This document shows positions 61,229 to 64,000 of a DNA stretch of 64,000 nucleotides, one piece after another (position 1 is the first letter of the stretch; every line of letters begins with the position of its first letter). The translations under genes and the position numbers were made by a program. The notes beneath the pieces were generated by a model. That model was not told the origin of the DNA. It saw only the letters and a list, made by a program, of their open reading frames with translations, and searched no databases. Origin of the DNA: an uncultured Spirochaetales bacterium (GTDB taxonomy: Bacteria; Spirochaetota; Spirochaetia; CAYRYS01); assembly GCA_964428555.1 (NCBI GenBank), contig CAYRYS010000003.1, forward strand, positions 95 through 64,094. Reading direction: 5' to 3'.

Positions 61229-62692
61229 TTATTCCTCTTCAATTTCAAAACTCAATCCAACCCCACAATTCGGGCATTGAGTCATATCTACGGTAATTGC
61301 TGAACCGCATTCAGGGCATTCATACGCTTCTTCTTCGTATTCATATTCTTCAGACTCAGCTTCTGCTTCCTCCTCAGTTGCCTCAGGAGTATACTCTTCT
61401 TCAACAATTTCTATATTTTCATTTATAGTTTCAAGAAGCTGATCTACATCGTATTCTGTTAGCCCCTCAAAGCTGACTATATCTTCTTTTTCCATACCAA
61501 GAATTGATTCTATAAGTTCAATTCCATTTTCCTTAAGGATCTGAACAACCCGCTCGGAAACCCCGGGAAGCTCTGAGATGTTAGTAATCTCTTCTTCCTC
61601 AATATCACCGAACAGTGCTGAGACAGCTTTTTTGCTTTCTCGGGCAATATCCATTTCTTCAAACTGGGCTTCAGTTTTTACATCGATATTCCAATCCACG
61701 AGTCTGTTTGCTAACCTTACATTTAATCCTTGTTTACCAATTGCTAAAGACAGCTGGTTTTCAGGTACAACTGCAAGTGCCTGCTTTTTCGAATCATCTA
61801 GGATAACTACCTGGTTTACTTCAGCAGGTGATAAGGCGTTCTTTATAAAGAGCCTTGGGTCAACATCGTATTTTAGAATATCAATCTTTTCACCTTCAAG
61901 CTCTCGAACAATGGCCTGTATTCGAACACCTTTGAGGCCGACACACGCGCCGACTGGGTCAACGTCTTCCCGGTTGGAATACACTGCCAGCTTTGTCCGG
62001 TATCCAGGTTCCCGTACGATTTTAAATATTTCAACTGTATGGTCATATACTTCAGGTACTTCCAGTTCGAAAATCTTTTTTACAAATTCTGCGTGCGTTC
62101 TGGAAAGTACGATCTGGAGGCCGGAGGAAGATTTGTTCACTTCGTAAATAAGCGCTTTTATGCGGTCATTCGGTCTATAGACTTCTCTCGGAGACTGATA
62201 ACGTTTTGGTAATATTCCTTCTGTCTTTCCCAGATCAACAAAAATATTGCCATTTCTTTCCCGTTGGTAATATCCGATAATCATTTCCCCTACTTTATCC
62301 TTATATTCAGAATACAGGGTGTCTTTTTGAATTTCCCGAAGGGTCTGTTTTGCCTTCTGTTTAGCGCTTTGTACAGCAACGCGGTCAAATTCTTTGGGGT
62401 TTATTTCGATGAGCAGTTCATCACCAATTTCACATTCATTATTGTATTCTAGAGCATCTTCCAATTCTATCTCTGTGACTGGATCATAAATATCTTCTAC
62501 AATCTCTTTTCGTGCGTAAATAGTAACATCCTGACCATCTTCAGAGAACTGTACAACTGCGTTGTCCATGGTCCCGAATTTTTTCTTATAAGCAGCAAGG
62601 AGAAAGTCTTCAATTGTTCTCTTAACAAGTTCTTCAGAGATCCCTCTGTCTTGAACTAGCTGACGTATTGCCTCATATAATTCAGCTGACAT
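61229..62692 (-). CDS. nusA: Transcription termination/antitermination factor NusA, with an acidic C-terminal tail ending in a C4 zinc ribbon
   Basis: NusA N-domain, S1 and KH1/KH2 (GACVGLKGVRIQ, LAIGKQGLNVRLA), then an acidic tail and CPECGS...CPNCG. Confidence 0.95.
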   Translation of the reverse strand: MSAELYEAIRQLVQDRGISEELVKRTIEDFLLAAYKKKFGTMDNAVVQFSEDGQDVTIYARKEIVEDIYDPVTEIELEDALEYNNECEIGDELLIEINPKEFDRVAVQSAKQKAKQTLREIQKDTLYSEYKDKVGEMIIGYYQRERNGNIFVDLGKTEGILPKRYQSPREVYRPNDRIKALIYEVNKSSSGLQIVLSRTHAEFVKKIFELEVPEVYDHTVEIFKIVREPGYRTKLAVYSNREDVDPVGACVGLKGVRIQAIVRELEGEKIDILKYDVDPRLFIKNALSPAEVNQVVILDDSKKQALAVVPENQLSLAIGKQGLNVRLANRLVDWNIDVKTEAQFEEMDIARESKKAVSALFGDIEEEEITNISELPGVSERVVQILKENGIELIESILGMEKEDIVSFEGLTEYDVDQLLETINENIEIVEEEYTPEATEEEAEAESEEYEYEEEAYECPECGSAITVDMTQCPNCGVGLSFEIEEE

Positions 62693-62700
62693 TTCCTTTT

Positions 62701-63156
62701 CTAGCCCTCCTGTAGATTATCAAGTCGTGCCTTTTTGATTTCATGCAGCGGCACTGATACGATTTCGCCGTCAGGTTTCTCTATTGATAATACCTTATTC
62801 TCAGTTGAAACGATAACCCCTTTCTGCCAAGAATTATCATTTTCTTTCATTATCTTTACCGGTTCTCCAGTATAGACGGTAAACTCTTGAAAAAACTTAA
62901 TTTTTTTATTCAGTCCAGGAGAGCTTACTGTCAGGTATACTTCATTTGGAACTAGTGCTTCAATCCGCTGTTGAATGACTCTATGAACTTCGGAACAATC
63001 CTGTACCGATATTCCGTTAGAGCTATGAATAACCAGATTTGCATGAAAATTGTTATTTGAAATCCAATGGGTGAATTCTGCTACCTGGTATCCCAGACCT
63101 TGTATTACCGGCTCTAATTGTTTGTATAAATCGGACGGTTCATACCATTTTACCAT
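62701..63156 (-). CDS. rimP: Ribosome maturation factor RimP
   Basis: 151 aa lying immediately upstream of nusA. Confidence 0.85.
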   Translation of the reverse strand: MVKWYEPSDLYKQLEPVIQGLGYQVAEFTHWISNNNFHANLVIHSSNGISVQDCSEVHRVIQQRIEALVPNEVYLTVSSPGLNKKIKFFQEFTVYTGEPVKIMKENDNSWQKGVIVSTENKVLSIEKPDGEIVSVPLHEIKKARLDNLQEG

Positions 63157-63173
63157 AAATTATCTACCGCCAT

Positions 63174-63200
63174 AAAAAAAAGAGCCGTGGAACGACTCTT
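63174..63200 (-). terminator. Rho-independent terminator between comF and rimP
   Basis: On the minus-strand RNA: 8-bp stem AAGAGUCG/CGGCUCUU (one G.U pair), loop UUCCA, then a run of six Us. The plus-strand version has an A.C mismatch and no U-run. Confidence 0.5.
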
Positions 63201-63313
63201 CTTATAGTTTCTCTATAAGTTGTCAGAAATATATTACTAATATACAGTCAAAGTGTCAACATGCAAAGGAAAGACTGGATTGATAAGCTATGCAATTTAT
63301 ATAAAAGCAGTGT

Positions 63314-63970
63314 CTAGTCTCTGCATATGGATAGAGAGTATATTTTTTTTATGCCTTTTTCTTTTAGAATTCGTGCGCACTCATTCATTGTAGAGCCTGT
63401 GGTAAAAACATCGTCAAGCAATACAACTTGTTCAGGAAGCTCACCAATGCTCCTGCAGCAGTATTTCCCTTGTACATTTTCTGCTCTCTCTGTTGCGGTA
63501 AGGGTTTTTTGCTGCTTTGAGGTCCTTCTTACAAGAATTGCAATGACCCTTGCCTGGTAATCATGTTTTAATATTTTTGCAATATAACCAATAGGGTCCC
63601 AGCCCTTATTTTTACGCCTACTAATAGAACATGGTACAGGTACAATAGGTAAAGGATATAAATGGGATAAATATAACCTATAGAGCTTTTCTGCAAAATA
63701 ATGAGCAAGCGGTTTCCACCCTTGAATTTTATAAAGCAGGTAGAGTTCTTTTTGAATCCCTGTATAGGAATAAACAGTTCTATTTTTATCAAAATAGAAC
63801 TGTTTGTCCTTACAAAACATGCATTGCTCTATTTCTGAGATTAACGGGCCTCCGCATTTTTGGCAAATATTACCGGATATTTCTGTGGTTTGAGAAAGGC
63901 AATTGCTGCAGACAGGATATCTATCCTCTTGCGTTTTTGAAGAACCGCACAAAATACACTGGGTACTCAT
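63314..63970 (-). CDS. comF: ComF-family protein (ComFC-like: N-terminal zinc finger plus phosphoribosyltransferase-type domain)
   Basis: CILCGS...CSNC...CQKCG zinc finger. PRTase motif VVLLDDVFTTGSTM. Confidence 0.75.
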   Translation of the reverse strand: MSTQCILCGSSKTQEDRYPVCSNCLSQTTEISGNICQKCGGPLISEIEQCMFCKDKQFYFDKNRTVYSYTGIQKELYLLYKIQGWKPLAHYFAEKLYRLYLSHLYPLPIVPVPCSISRRKNKGWDPIGYIAKILKHDYQARVIAILVRRTSKQQKTLTATERAENVQGKYCCRSIGELPEQVVLLDDVFTTGSTMNECARILKEKGIKKIYSLSICRD

Positions 63971-64000
63971 CAGAAAAGTGAGAAGTTTTCCTGCTTTTTT

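Noticed and set aside
58866-62147. Many 60-190-aa antisense or out-of-frame ORFs inside infB and nusA, for example 59476..59769, 60288..60689 and 61578..62147
   Set aside because: They overlap strongly conserved core genes. Their composition is low-complexity, reflecting the opposite strand, and they have no RBS or motifs.

Overview
By eye this is a chromosomal core region of a moderately AT-rich bacterium. I guess, with low confidence, that it is a spirochaete (Treponema or Spirochaeta-like). The grounds are the ~900-aa long-form GreA, the many TPR and signal-peptide proteins, the FlgD-Ig repeat protein, and the gene order. Nearly all of the 64 kb is densely packed housekeeping genes. On the plus strand: a YkgJ-type Cys-cluster protein, an MBL-fold hydrolase, a small unlisted ORF, a giant FlgD-Ig-repeat/OmpA protein, mltG, dnaG, rpoD, a COG1579 zinc-ribbon protein, RNase P RNA (rnpB, absent from the ORF track), a TPR protein, mreB-mreC-mreD-mrdA-rodA, and a fused radical-SAM protein. 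On the minus strand: mazG, a small membrane protein, a lipoprotein, a CHASE2 adenylate cyclase, a TPR membrane protein, a GAF/sigma-54 activator, rpsA, cmk, a pseudouridine synthase, scpB, scpA, folK, recA, dtd, a three-gene TPR/coiled-coil/secreted cluster, rpe, a HEAT-repeat protein, murJ, tgt, two LptF/G-family permeases, a propeller lipoprotein, dut, an M16 peptidase, and the conserved pnp-rpsO-ribF-truB-rbfA-infB-nusA-rimP operon, followed by comF. I found no CRISPR array, transposase, integrase, phage gene, toxin-antitoxin pair, tRNA or rRNA. The candidate accessory or undescribed content is four things. First, an OmpA-like protein with a putative N-terminal beta-barrel, eight tandem FlgD-Ig domains and a C-terminal OmpA domain, sitting in a tight putative operon with a YkgJ-type protein, an MBL hydrolase and an unlisted 55-aa ORF. 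Second, a GAF-sigma54-activator / TPR / CHASE2-cyclase / lipoprotein signalling module. Third, a tightly packed rpe-TPR-secreted-TPR-dtd envelope cluster. Fourth, the long-form GreA, then a VWA transmembrane protein, with a convergent periplasmic HEAT protein. All functional calls come from motifs I recognise by eye in the translated ORFs. I ran no searches.
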